Assembly: GCA_051362555.1 (NCBI GenBank)
Contig: CM120646.1
Coordinates: 4,278,001-4,342,000, forward strand
Direction of reading: 5' to 3'
DNA length: 64,000 nucleotides
Origin: Lingula anatina
Lineage: Eukaryota; Animalia; Brachiopoda
The position numbers and the translations under genes are program-made. Shown here one piece after another: positions 16,582-29,499 of this stretch (position 1 is its first letter; every line of letters starts with the position of its first letter). A model generated the notes under the pieces. The model was not told the origin of the DNA. It did no database searches and saw only the letters and a list, made by a program, of their open reading frames with translations.

Positions 16582-17165
16582 GTAAGCTAATAATACCAAC
16601 CAGGTAGTAGATAAAAAGTTTTGTTTAGTTTAAAAACAGTATCTCACTCTGTATTGCATATCCAAAAGGTTGCATTCGATTTACTCACTGTCCAATTGTT
16701 GGATTTCTGACTATTTGGGTTTTATGTCATTTGGTAGAAAGTTGCCATGAACCACCTTCCGTCTTGCAAAAATATGTCATTTTTTGTCCACACGTTTATT
16801 TCAGCCGGATCACGCTTACGCAGCACTTCAAGGAAGGATGACGTCATTCAATACTCCACCAAGAAAAATAACTAGGAGAAGTGCGAAGGACAGTAAACGA
16901 ACGCGACATCCACATCATCACTGCTGGACCAAAGTACGTCAATTCCTCGGCCGGACAACGAACGCACAGAATTAGAAAGAAAACTAATGTGTCAGATTTC
17001 AAAACGCTGCTGTTAACACCTGACATAAAAACGGGTCCCAATCTGTCCAAACCACCAAGCTAACAATTCAACGAAAAGATAGACAACTATCACACGCCAG
17101 TATTTTGACAGTGATTTTCTCGAAAACTGGAACTTTTTATATAAGCTGAAACGCTAAAAGTAGTC

Positions 17166-17517
17166 CAGGGCTCGTATCGACCGAGCGCAAGCGTCTCGAT
17201 TCCATAACTCGCCCTTACTCGCACCATATAATACATCGTAGCCTCTATGCGATATTGCTATTCGCAACATTTAAGACATTTTATTCATGAATTTGAAAAT
17301 TTTACATTAAAGAAACCCTGGCTTTTTTACTTTTGATTACTGTTTATTACAATTTAGTCTAGTTCTGATTTATATAAAATACATCTTCATCATTTTTATC
17401 TATAAACTTCCTTTGTATTTATGTTGTACAGTCTATTGAACATTTTATGGATTTTAGACTCGAAACAAATATACGATGAAATATTAACTTGCGATGCTTT
17501 CGAGTTACGGGGCCCTG
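17166..17517. mobile_element. MITE in the 3' flank of copy C
   Basis: Imperfect TIRs cagggctcgtatcga / tcgagttacggggccctg. Absent from the homologous position of copy A (~4590). Confidence 0.7.
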
Positions 17518-19022
17518 ATCCAACGACTGTTCAATCAAAATGACTTTGAAGGCTACCTGTTCGTAATTTGTGTGAGAAAGAAATTGTATTTTTTAACTAA
17601 GTATATGGTCAAACAGCTGTAGGTACATGTATTACCATGCATTCACCTGCAAGTGCATAAACACTCGCTTTCGCTTTTAGGTTATTTATTTCATGATACC
17701 ATTAAGTTTATATAAAGCAAAGAGAGTCCCGACTGCTCTACACAGTGAAATATACACGGCCCCCGTAGCCTTTGTGATTTTGTCAAGCTAAAACTTTTAA
17801 CAAAATTTTAAAATCGAAAGCTCGTAGCCCGTCTCATTATCGAAGATGGCACCTTGCAGTGATCGTGACAATGGTTGAAATAGTTGTTGGTCTCTTTCCC
17901 TTCCATCTTTGCTGTTTTGGGTCATAACAATGGTCAAAATGCTTGAATTTCAGTGTAATACACTTGCATGAATTTGAAGTTGTGCATTTCCTTATTCTGG
18001 TCACATGGATGAACAAAAATCGCAGGGGGCTGCACTGACAATGTATCGATCGCACGACAGGCTTACGGCAGCTGCATTGAGACCGACAACGTTCCGTACG
18101 ATTACTTTTTAACCGAAAAATGATTTTTCCTACTCGACCTACACGACAAGCTTTTCTTGTTATCTCTAGGTAGAATCTCAGTCGAATCAACGATCCAAAA
18201 AAAAAAAAAAAAAAAAAACTAGCAAAAATAAAACCTTTTCTATCTGTCAGATGTGTTTACTCGATCTAAAATAATGTCCTTATCTTTGGTGAGGACATTT
18301 CTTGTATTTCCTGATAATGTAGTCTGCTTTTCACAATAAATGTTTTTAATCCTTTGGGCAAAAAGTTGAAGGAATTTATTAGCTTCGCAATTAATATGTA
18401 TTTCTTTGCAGATGTTTCCCTGTGCTTTTAAGGGTTTTAAAAAGTTCAGCAGTGACAATGATGAAGGATGAGCACATCATGTTGGAGAAATGCAAATTAC
18501 TATGTTTCCCAACCAATTAACAACATTTATCTGTAAAGTTTATTTTCGTGCTGTCAGTGGAAGCAGAACTCGTTTAAAAAAAGACAAGATCACAGAAATT
18601 ATCGCAATTTTCGCCATTCAAGCGATCCTACGCACTTTTGCACGCCCCGTTTTTCTGATAGTACTGAGTTCGACTAATCATAAAATTAAGCATGGATCAA
18701 AACTTGGTTCTGAACTACAAGCTGGTGCCAGTAAGGTGTACTCTGCCATATTTTTAATCGTGTATAATTTTGCTCTCGTTGTCTTAAAACAGAAAATGAG
18801 GTTGTTTCATTTATACTAAATTTAAACGCCTAATACGTTGACCCTTCACGATTACACTGTCATAAATTTTCTAACCAATAACCGATAAGCGCAGTATGGT
18901 ACATGTATTACACCTCCTTCTGTCAACCCCATTCTAAGTTATCTTTTCTTGTGATATACAGCTAACGGTTTCACACGGGAGTACGTGTCAGTGGCGAGGA
19001 CAGTTGACACGCAGCGTTTAAG

Positions 19023-19133
19023 ATGGGCGACAGACTACATTATCTTGTGCTGGCACTGTGTGCTTACGTGATTTGTTGCCACCAAGGTAAGATTTACATC
19101 TAATATGTTGGGTATTTACGTAATATTAACAAT

Positions 19134-19165
<32 letters not shown>

Positions 19166-20566
19166 AGAGTCCCCCCAAGGTCATCGCATGTATAGTCAGG
19201 AGTTTATTTTTAGGGGTGGTATAGGGACAGGGAGGTCTTACCCCCCCTCCCCCATAAAAATGAAAAATTATCGAGGACAGACTGTATTATTTTATACAGA
19301 TTTCAAACTACAAAACAAATTCTCTTACAGTGCTTTCTAGTACGGTTAAAAAATCTCTACAGACTTATGTTCAAGCAGGATCACAAACCACGTTGACATA
19401 TCAATGGACACCACCAGCTGGGGTTGATCTTCTTAGAATAAACTGGAAACAAGGTTCTACAGTGATAGCAACTGCCACAACACCTAACTTTACACCACAA
19501 TATCCTGACACAAATGTAAAGGACCGTGTAACACTGGGCAGTCTTACCTCCTCCAGTACCAGAACATCAATTACATTAACAAGATTACAGTGTCCAGGTG
19601 ATATAGCTGAGTATACCTGTGAGGTGGTTACTTCTGCACTGCATGACAGCACTGGAACAGCAAGTTTCAACGTTAATCTATTTGGTAAGTGCCATATAGA
19701 ATAATAAAACTGCGTATTTACTTTGACCAGGACCAGAAAGATTAAGATCATTTTGATTGACATATGCATTTCATTAAGATGAACTAAAAGATAATTTTAT
19801 ACAAAAGTCGACCAGATGTCACCACAAAGTTTCAAGTAGTATAACTTAGAGAAATGCCAAAAGTCATCGTATTACCCGAGAAAAGAAATGGATTTTCTGC
19901 TTGCTTGCTGAGCTGTATGTAAATGGGGCAGATAAGTAAGACAAATTATAGGTCGGTCAAATTTACGACCAAAAAATTTAAAGAGGTGTCAATTTAAAGC
20001 TATTTTATGGCTTATCGATTGATTAATTCGGTTTATATCTTGGCATGTCGACTTTATTTGATTTGTATAAGAAACTAGTGGGAGTGGTTTATATATAGTG
20101 TACTGACTTGGATTCCATCGATGTTCGGTTCATATTTTACCTCTGTATCTGTATCTGTTCGTTTGTAATAATTACATCTTTAACATTAATAGTCTCTAAA
20201 ACTCGCTGTAGAGTTCCTTGGAAACGACATCACAATCACATCCTCACCAAGTCAGCTGAAAGCAGGACAGCATGCCTCCCTGACTTGTACAGCCAGTAAT
20301 ATTGGGCGACCGCCAGGCATCATGAAGTGGTACAAAGGCTATCAAGAAATCACCACTGGATTTACTCAGCAGACAAGTATCAATAGTGATGGTTGTACCT
20401 ATAATGGAGTTAGTAGTCTGAGTATTACACCGACATACCTGGATAATGGAGTTATGTATACATGTGTTGTTGAACCAAACTCTGCAGTGAGTGGAGACTC
20501 CCCAAAGCAAGGAAGGTTTACACTGGATGTACAATGTAAGGATTTTATCATAGGTTAGAATTTGTG

Positions 20567-20618
<52 letters not shown>

Positions 20619-20863
20619 TGATTCTGTGAACAGTTTCGGTTATGGTATACTTTTGTGATTAAGGGAAAAGAAGTGAAAGTTCTAAAAAAAAAAAAAAAAA
20701 AAAAAAAAACGGTTCCTTTTCATAAAAATCTCAGGGATCTCTTCTCTCATAATGACCTACTGACTAAAATGAATTTGTCAAGAATGAAAGTCGTGTGGGT
20801 TATTAGACGTAAATACACAGTGTATGGAGCCATTTTATCTTGCTGACCGTTCCTTTTACAGAG
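19023..20863 (+). CDS. Ig-superfamily copy D: signal + V + C2 only, predicted secreted (~247 aa) or a truncated pseudogene
   Basis: Exons 19023-19086, 19331-19684, 20212-20535. The Ig3 exon is absent. The next acceptor (stalk exon 20862-20915) gives T|AG = stop at the junction. No TM exon is found downstream. The V-domain B-strand Cys is replaced by Tyr (TLTYQW). Confidence 0.7.
19137..19165. repeat. (TC)n microsatellite
   Basis: Direct reading. Confidence 0.9.
20568..20616. repeat. (TA)n microsatellite in the intron where copy D lacks its Ig3 exon
   Basis: Direct reading. Confidence 0.95.
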
Positions 20864-22454
20864 AAAACTACCACGGCAACATCAACATCCACGACAACAG
20901 TCACGACACCTGACGGTATAAAGTATGATTCAGCTAGTCAAATCCTAATTTCAAGAGGGAAATATTAGTATGATTTTTTACAGCATTTTATAGCCTCGTT
21001 ACCATATGATAAAATGTTGATCTTAATAAGGGATGTAATCTTAGACAAGTATTTTTTTAACAATGGACAGAAATTATGAAATGCTTTAAAAGAATGCATT
21101 TAAATTTTCAGTATTTTTCTCAACTTGTAAAATACATAAATGCACACCACAGGGGCTCCTGCTCCTGTGTTGCCCCCGTTGTAAAAGGCTTTTTTTTTTC
21201 AAATAAATGTATTACTATTATTATTATATCTGGCAACCTTAATCCTCAACTTAACAGATATTTTTTTAAGATGGGACGTGTCATACAGTTAAAGTTACCC
21301 AAGGGGTTGAAATCACGCAATTTAGATGAACTCTCTCGTTGTTAGGTATGGTAAAGGCATTTGATTAAGTTTGGCATTAAGGCCTAAAGCAAACTATGTT
21401 GTTGTTTAAATTAGCGTATGTGAAAAGGTTTGAAATGTAATATTATTTATACAGGAGGCTAAACAAATAAATGACATGCATGGTATAATTATCATGTTAT
21501 TCTTTATTTCTCTTTCACTAATTTAACTTTATTTCAACTTCATAGCTAGATTGCTTCCATTGTCCAGCCTTTTGAAAAGTCGCAGAGTGGCACTATTATA
21601 TTTTTGACGTGACAGTATGTTTATATCTGCATTATCTAACTGGAAAAGGGAAAACTCCTAACAAACTTATTATTCTAAGAAGTACACAAAGAAATGTACA
21701 GAATCTATAATATGTGCCACTGAGTATCACTTACAGATGATAAAAAATGCTGCCTTTTTCAATTTTCTCAAACCAATTGACTTATTATCATAAAGCGAAT
21801 TAAATAATTACATATCACAATCATAAGTTGAAGTACATAAATATTATAGCTCTGAAAAACAGCATGAACAAAAATGCTGGATGTTGACAGAAATGGTCCT
21901 AAGTACAGTATATCATGGTAAAAGATTACTTTCCATGGAAAGGTTTGCATCTGAGCCGACAATTATACCATTATTATTAATCCAAGAGCATAAAACGCAC
22001 AGCAAAATTTCAAGAACTTCAGCTCAATCTCATTACATGCTGCTGTAAAATAAATAGATATATAAATGAAAAAATTATTACAATAAATTTTCCATTCAAT
22101 AATCATGCATGGGGTATGATGCTCCATGTGTTACAGCTTAAAAATCCTAAAATGTTAATAATTCCATTTAATTATTTGAGATATGATCTCAATTCATTTT
22201 GTGCTCATTACAAAGTTCTTTTTACAGATCTGCAGACATTTTTTGTAAGAAAATAATACTAAATTAAAAATACCAACATTTGGGGGGCAGAAAAATATTT
22301 CAGACTACAGAAATAAATTTGCTTTCACCAAGAATGTTTCAGGAGTAGCAAATAACATCTGTTTAGTAACCAGGCAGTATGATGGTGAACAAGATATCAA
22401 ACTTGAAAATATAGCTTGGTTAACAATACCCCTGGATGGAAAATGACATCATCA

Positions 22455-25400
22455 TTATTTACACTTCCCTTTACTTTTTGTCCTGGACTTGGTGCGATCC
22501 AAAGCTTTTACCCCCTTCTTCAAACTGTGACATCTTTTCTTAAAAGCAGAATCATTTTTATGTTTAGAAGTACTGTTGGAACTTCTTTTTGTTGGATTAG
22601 ATTTTTTCACAGAGGAATTGTGAGATGTCTTTTGATGAAGTGGACCAGATTTCTTTGTAGAAAGGCTGCCAGCTGTGTGACTGTCAGATTTATCAGCTCT
22701 CTCTAAACCACGGGACTTCTTGCTAAAACTGTTCTCTGTTTTCTTGTCACTAGTGGTGTCAGCTTCACTGCTGAGGTCAGAGATCTTCCTGAATGGCTCA
22801 CTTTTAAACAAGTTCCGTCCACACACCTTAAAAATATGTCAACTTATATTAATAAATAATAATCATAATCATAATAATAATACCACAGATTGAGATAAAT
22901 GCCCATAAATAACATACCTATAAACTAGGAAATACTACCAAAAGAGAATTAACATCTTTTCAAAATTTTTCTTTGAATTATCCTAATTGTAATAAACTTG
23001 TACCACATTTGTGATAATTATACATCACTCAATTATAATAAATTCTCATGAACTCTTACACATATGCCTGCTTTCAAACACATACTATTACTAAGGGGCA
23101 GATCCAGGATTACTTGAAGAGGGAGTCTGCAGATGCAAAGCACCTTCCCCTGGCATGGGGTTTAGGGCCCTGAAGGGCGAACAGTGCTATTTGGTATGGT
23201 TAAGAACTATGATTCAGCTAGTTAAAATTCTAATTTCAAGAGGGCCATTGGTGTGATTTTTTTTAGAAATCGAAGGGAGGGGGGGTCAGGACCCCCCTGA
23301 CCTCTCCCCCTTTAACCTGCTACTGTTACCTTCTGGTAGTGGGACTGGGCATCACTCTGCCGGTAAAAGAAGGCATTGCAGTAGTCCACGGGGCACATGT
23401 AGTTCCTGCAATGATCCTTAGTCTTTGGGTCCTTCTTGCTCAAGATGTCCCGGGCTGCAATGTCTTTAGTGTCTGGGTGATCTTTAAGAATGTGGAGCTT
23501 CACATCTAGAAAATGGGAGCATTTGAAAAATATGTCACAAGTGAATGAGAATATGAAAGTATACAATGCAAGTAAATAAACAAATGTATTATAAATCTTT
23601 TAGAAATTATTTTTTAATATCTAATGTTTTTCTGAGAATAAACATTTTTCTAAGTATCATAAATGTACCATCCAACTTTTGGTTGCAAATAAAAATTATT
23701 ATTAAATAAGCAAAAAATAAAAATCCTGGAAATTGCAGCAATTCACCAGTGATCACCAATGGTCAAAAGCAGATAATTATGACCTATAAACTCATCTTCA
23801 CATCAACAAAGAGAGAGGCAAATCCAACTCTTCAATAAGCAATGACAAATGGACTAGTTGAGCTTCTTTTGACAAAATGTCCAGATTACAAAAAGAGTTC
23901 AGTTTCATTCTCATCCTTGAACATACTTTAAATACATGTATATCAAAATGGACTCTGGGGTAGCGCTAGCAACTTTTTTCGCTTAGCCAAATCACCACTT
24001 TTTGTCATTTTGTTATCCAAATGGTGTTAATTTGACTAAAATGAGCCAAATCAAGCCCTTTTTGTTTAGCCAATTTAAGTCAGTTTTAGCATTTGGCTAA
24101 ATTGGCGGGTGTTAGCGTTACCCTAGGGACCTTATTTCATTCTTATTCTCACCACGTAAGTTCTCAGCCTGGAATGCAGGAGACCCTGGGCATTTCATAC
24201 ACTCCCACAAGTGTTTACTGGTATCTACGTGCTTTTCTCTGGGGACTTTCCTCTCCTGGTATATAGGCACTGATGAACCATTTTGCCCGTCTGATGCTTC
24301 AGTCTCAGCAACCCCTAGCTTTGTCTCTTCTGGCTTCTTTATTTCTTTTGTGTTTGACTTGGAAGAGTGGGAAGCAACAGTCTTTGGAGTTTTGTTGTCA
24401 GCTTGAGGTAGTGTAGAGGTACTTGTAGTACCAAGTTTGTGATGTCTACTATTGACAAAGGATTTTGACCTACTCTTATCGAAGAGATGTTTTTTGGGTT
24501 TTCTTTTCTTCAATGGGGAAGGTACATAAGTTTCGTCATCCAATGAATCAGAGTCGGAGAAATCTGAGGGTGGATTATTTTGGATAGAGCCATCCTTACT
24601 CCAATTCGAGGCATCATCACTGTCTGCGCCATCCTGGTTTTCTTCACAGTCCATATGTTCTTTAACCATGAGACTTTCTTCACCTGCCTCTGACTCACAC
24701 GTAAGCCTTTTTGTTTGTTTTACAGGCAGTTCTTCATCTCTTCCAGGCGAATGAGTTCTTTTCAGTACTCTTTCATTTGAACCGCTAGACTCCCCACTTT
24801 GAGGCATGATCTTTTGGGTTTGTTCCATATTAAACACAGTGCCAAATTTTTCCAAATTTTCACAAGATTTCATATGGCATGCCAATTTGTCTGCTGCCCC
24901 CTTCTTTCCTAAGACACGGAAAAAACATTCCTTTCCTGGGCAAAACCTGAGAAGAACAGCATCCCTTGCCTTAAGAGAGAACCACCCAAAGATTGTACTG
25001 GATGATGAATGGCTCTGGGCAGTATGCGACTTGATTCCTTGAACACTAGTGAATTCTTCCTTACAAAACACACAGCGCACTTTGAAAGGGTAATAGTGTG
25101 TTACAAGCCTTCCCATGGGTGATCTGCCTTCTACATAAGTCAACAGGCTCTCTGCAGTGTCTTCCCAACTGTCCACAGTGTGAAGTTCTCCCGCTACAGG
25201 TCTTGCAGGAACTGATTTCTCCCCCCTGGGGTCAGCTGGTGGACCACCATTCACCAAACTCCCAGAAGACACCTGTGTAGCCTCTGGTGTATTTGGAGAG
25301 GAACTCTGTACATCTGCACCACCTTTATAAAGGGTATTCCAATCTGTTCTACTGCTACCAGACTCACACTTGTGTGTTATCAATGGCTCCTGCTTAAGAG

Positions 25401-28400
25401 ATACAGATGTGGAGTCGTTTGAACTGTCGTCATTTGAAATCACTTCAACCTCTTCAACGCCAAGTGAGGAGTAAGAACTAATCCTTTGTGATGAAGCCAC
25501 TGTCATAGTCATGGCTGTCAAGTCCAATTTTTCCAACAGGACAACAGGATTTAGGTTTATGTTCCTTCTTGCCACATCACCTGCTGATTTTTTCGTTGTG
25601 CTGGTTCCCATTTCTATTGATTGTTCTTCATCAAGGGGATTTAGGATGTTCTCCTCCTGTTCTGTTGTGCCTGTTTCTATGCCAGTATCCTGTATACTTT
25701 CTGGTGTTTGTGTTTCCTTTTGGCCTGCGACCATGGGCTCCAATGAAACTTCTGGGATGGCAGCAGTGGCATTATAATCCACTGGTTCTGTCTTTACTTT
25801 AACAGCAACTGGCTCTACATCCTCAATGCCATTGTCAGGCTCAACTGGTTCAGTTTTCCCTTCCTCATTTCCTTGAACTCTTTCTGCAGCATCTGCATCA
25901 GGATCTCCTGGTTCACTTTTAACTTTCACCAAATCTGTTTCCATTTGCTCCGTCTTGGTCCTAGTTGCTGGACATACGATATTTGTGGTGGTAGCAGCAG
26001 CAAGACCAGCATGTCCGTGTACCTCAGAGGCATGGTAGTGCAACATGATCCTCAGCGAAAACCTCTTGTTACACCGTGGACATGTAAAAGGCTGGTGTTT
26101 TGAGCGGACGTGCTCCTCCATCTCCCGCAGCACTCTGGTCTGATAGGGACAAAAGTTACACCAGAACATCCCTTGAGAGGTAGACATAAGAAACAGCTTT
26201 ACCTTTGATGAGGGCTTGGATGATACCGATTGCCCCAGCTGTCCCGCAGTGCCCTTGGAACCCTGAGGATCAAAGCTTTTGCCAGTTGGCAATTCACTCT
26301 CTTGGTTATCCCTACACTGGGCACCTGACGTTTTATGTGACATAGAAATACCAGTCTGAGGGTTTGTGCTTGCTGGCATGGAAATTCCTAAGTTTGTGCT
26401 ACCTGACATCAGTGTGCAGGAATTTGTGCTAGCAGGTGCTTCACTTGGTTGTTTCCTCATACTCTGCCTTGGCAAAGTCTGGGTCTGCACACTTCTCACT
26501 GGTTGTGAAGAATTCAAACTGGAGGTCTGCATCTGCACTGCTGGTACTGGTGCAGTGGACTGTGTAGGTTTGGGCTTTATCGGCACTGGTAGTACTGTCG
26601 TAGCAGATTGTGCAGGCTTAGGCTGAATTTGCACTGGTTGTACTGGTGGAGCAGATTGTGAAGGCTTAGGCTGAATTTGCATTGGTTGTACTGGCGCAGG
26701 AGTTTGTGTTTGCTTAGGCTGAATCGGCCCTGGCTGTACTTGTGTAACAGATTGCGTCTGCTTAGGCTGAATTTGTAGTGGTGCAGCAGACTGTGTAGGC
26801 TTAGGCTGAATTTGTACTGGTCGCACTGGTGCAACAAATTTTGAAGGGTTTGACTGCACATGGGGAGTCTGCATTGGAAAATTTGTCTTGTAAGTATTAG
26901 ACTGAACCTGCCCTGCAGGGAGTGGGGCAGTGACCTGCATGGGAGAGTTCACAGAAAGGGGAAGCACTGGCACAGCTGACACTGGAGCAGTCAAATTCCA
27001 AGAGCCAGGATACATCTGGATGGGATAATTGGAAGAGCTTGGTTGCATTTGTACAGTTTCATTAGGCAGTGCTGAGCTCGTAGAATTCTGCTGCACTTGC
27101 CCCAAGCTGTCTGGCACCACTAAGTTCATAGGGTTCTGGGAAGTACTGAAGGATTGCAGGGGCATGCTGGGATTCCCTGCTGCTGGCAAATATTGCAATG
27201 GCACCATCACATAATCTGGAACCTGTGGAAAAAAACTAATTATTCAGAATTTTTTAATGCAGGGCTTCCTCACCATTTTTTTTTTTTTTTTTGTCCACTG
27301 TCCCCTTTGGGCCAGTGAGGTCTGGTAAATATGACAAGGGTTACTTGGTGCATTAGATTTAACTTGTCTTATTTGAGCCAGTAACCCATGTGATTCACTG
27401 TCCCATTCAACAATACAGTTTCTGACATGAAGCCAACTTTAAATTTCAAGTAAAAATAAACCTAAATCTTCTGAATTACCACCTTCAAAATTGCTTAAAA
27501 TGTGTTTTGTTGCAGGTAGTGGTGGGAGATTAATAATTTAGGTTGTTTGAAAATATTGATCAGTTACAATATGTCACTTCATAACATCTATAACTAATGA
27601 AATAACAATCACAACAAACAGTAAAGTCAATGTTACACAATCTCCCCACTTTATAAACATTTTTGCATCTCTGGGTCCATTTCCAAAAAATTAATGTACT
27701 CGGTACACTGTTCCAGCTCTGTGGGGACACTTGCTTAGGCAGGTTGGGTAACTCAGGGATGCTAGTGGGGTCCGGAAAGAAAACCTGAACTTTTTTTTGG
27801 CAAAGACCGGGGGGGGGGGTACAAATTGATTATGAAACAATTACTATATTTCAAATTTTATTTAATAAATATATTGCAATATATGTCATCACAACTTCAT
27901 GGTAATTTTCAACAGTTGTTTCCAAGGATAATCTTGACATTGACAAGATGGAAGTGCCATCAGTACATAAACACCTACCACCCATAGTAGACAGTAATGA
28001 TCCCTCACGTAAGCTTGATAATCACCAGCATGATAATGATAGTCACTAAATGTTAATCCCTTTCATTTATCATTTTCAAAGATTGGTAATGGCTAATATC
28101 GTCTGTTCCCCTCTCCGCGAAATCCATTTAGTTTGGTTTAGTTCAAAATTCCGCGCACACGGTGTCAAAACTTTCCACATGGGTGCCGACATTAAAGCCT
28201 ACATTTCCAACCAATCAAGCGCCATAAATAAATCACGTGCTACGGTTGTGACTAGATATTGTGTTGAAACGCAGCTCTGTCGCAATGGTTGAAATGCGAC
28301 GTTCCTCTTACGCATCGTTCGTCCAGTCCGCGACCACGTTAAAAACGAGAATTCCGGAACAAAATATAGTACCAGAAAATTTTATAACTGGACGCAAAAA

Positions 28401-28739
28401 ACCGGAATTCCGGTAAAAACCGGAAGACTAGCATCCCTGGTAACTAGATAGTGTGCCCTCAGTTTCCGCAAGCTTTTTCACGAATGCACACTAAAGTTTA
28501 TCACCCCAAACTGCTCATTCAGTTAATCAGATTGCATTCAGCAAGAGTCCCCACAGAGGTGGATCCATCTACATACTAGTAGTGCGATAGATTCACTGAG
28601 GGGCTGCTTTTTTTTACTTATATATATATATATATATATATGAAAAACTAGATTCAAAATTTCTTTGAAATAAGAAATAATTTTCAAGACAAACCTGATA
28701 ACTCATCACTGGTATGTTCTGTGCAAGTACTTCTTGCAT
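22455..28739 (-). CDS. Large nuclear zinc-finger protein (dispersed C2H2/C2HC fingers, P/Q-rich N-terminus, basic C-terminus), ~1220 aa
   Basis: Exons 28739-28695 (MQEVLAQNIPVMSYQ; least certain), 27222-24153, 23505-23330, 22826-22455 join in frame. Splicing completes fingers across junctions (WECMKC...LR|DVKLHILKDH; CPVDYC...HYQK|VC). Internal fingers: CNFC..H..H, CPRC..H..H, CVFC..H..H. Confidence 0.82.
23955..24126. mobile_element. Short MITE in zinc-finger gene intron
   Basis: Imperfect TIRs ctggggtagcgctagca / tgttagcgttaccctag; internal ttagccaaa / tttggctaa repeats. Confidence 0.5.
26570..26830 (-). repeat. Coding tandem repeat, ~6 x (P-V-Q-I-Q-P-K-x-x-Q-S) in the zinc-finger protein
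   Basis: Recurrent ggcttaggctgaatttg on the + strand; protein reads QIQPKPTQS / QIQPKQTQS / QIQPKPSQS / QIQPKPAQS. Confidence 0.85.
27754..28439. mobile_element. Non-autonomous DNA transposon (CAGGG ends) in zinc-finger gene intron
   Basis: Perfect TIRs CAGGGATGCTAGT / ACTAGCATCCCTG flanked by duplicated GTAACT; subterminal ccggaa repeats. Confidence 0.88.
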
Positions 28740-29454
28740 CACTCCATTATTATACTCTGGAAAAATAAAACATGAGAGTTTTAGAAAGGAAAAAAAAAGC
28801 CTTCCTCCCCACCCACCCCCAAAAAAATACCGCTCATGAATTTTGTTAGTTGCAACAGCTGTAATCAACCTTGAGTTGGTTTTCAATCTTCAACATCTCT
28901 CAGCCAATCATGACACAGCATTTTTTCACATCCTGTCCTTTACGCCATTTTTTTCTTGGAGAGACTGAATAAGTACAATGGTCAGGGCAGACATGAAGAG
29001 CATTTTTTATTTAAAAATAGATAAAAATATATTATGGAGGTCGTGAACTTTTGTATTAATATTTAGATCAAACATGTTGAATATTTATTACAGACTTGAT
29101 ACCTTAGCACATAATCCCATGTGAACTTGTGCTACTAATATGTGTAACTTTAGGAAGCCCCAGCACTGTGATTAGCCCAAGAAGGACCCAATCAATGAAT
29201 TGCTGACTGACATATAATTGATAAACTAATGTGTAAAATCTGGGGGTGGGGGTGGGGGTTGGTAAGTAACTGACCATTCTCTGAAGCACATAGTCTTTTA
29301 AAATAGTGAACCCATGTTTGCATTGTTGAATTTATAGCATGAAGAAGTTACATTCTTCTCTGTGAGCATAGTCTAGGGCATTGAACCTAGGTTATCTCTT
29401 TATCTATATCTATACAAGATCAGGGTAAAGAGGATAAGGGGATCGACCTCGACA

Positions 29455-29499
29455 GTGTGTGTGTGTGTGTGTGTGTTTGGACTATGTGTGTGTGTGTGT
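29455..29499. repeat. (GT)n microsatellite
   Basis: Direct reading. Confidence 0.9.
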
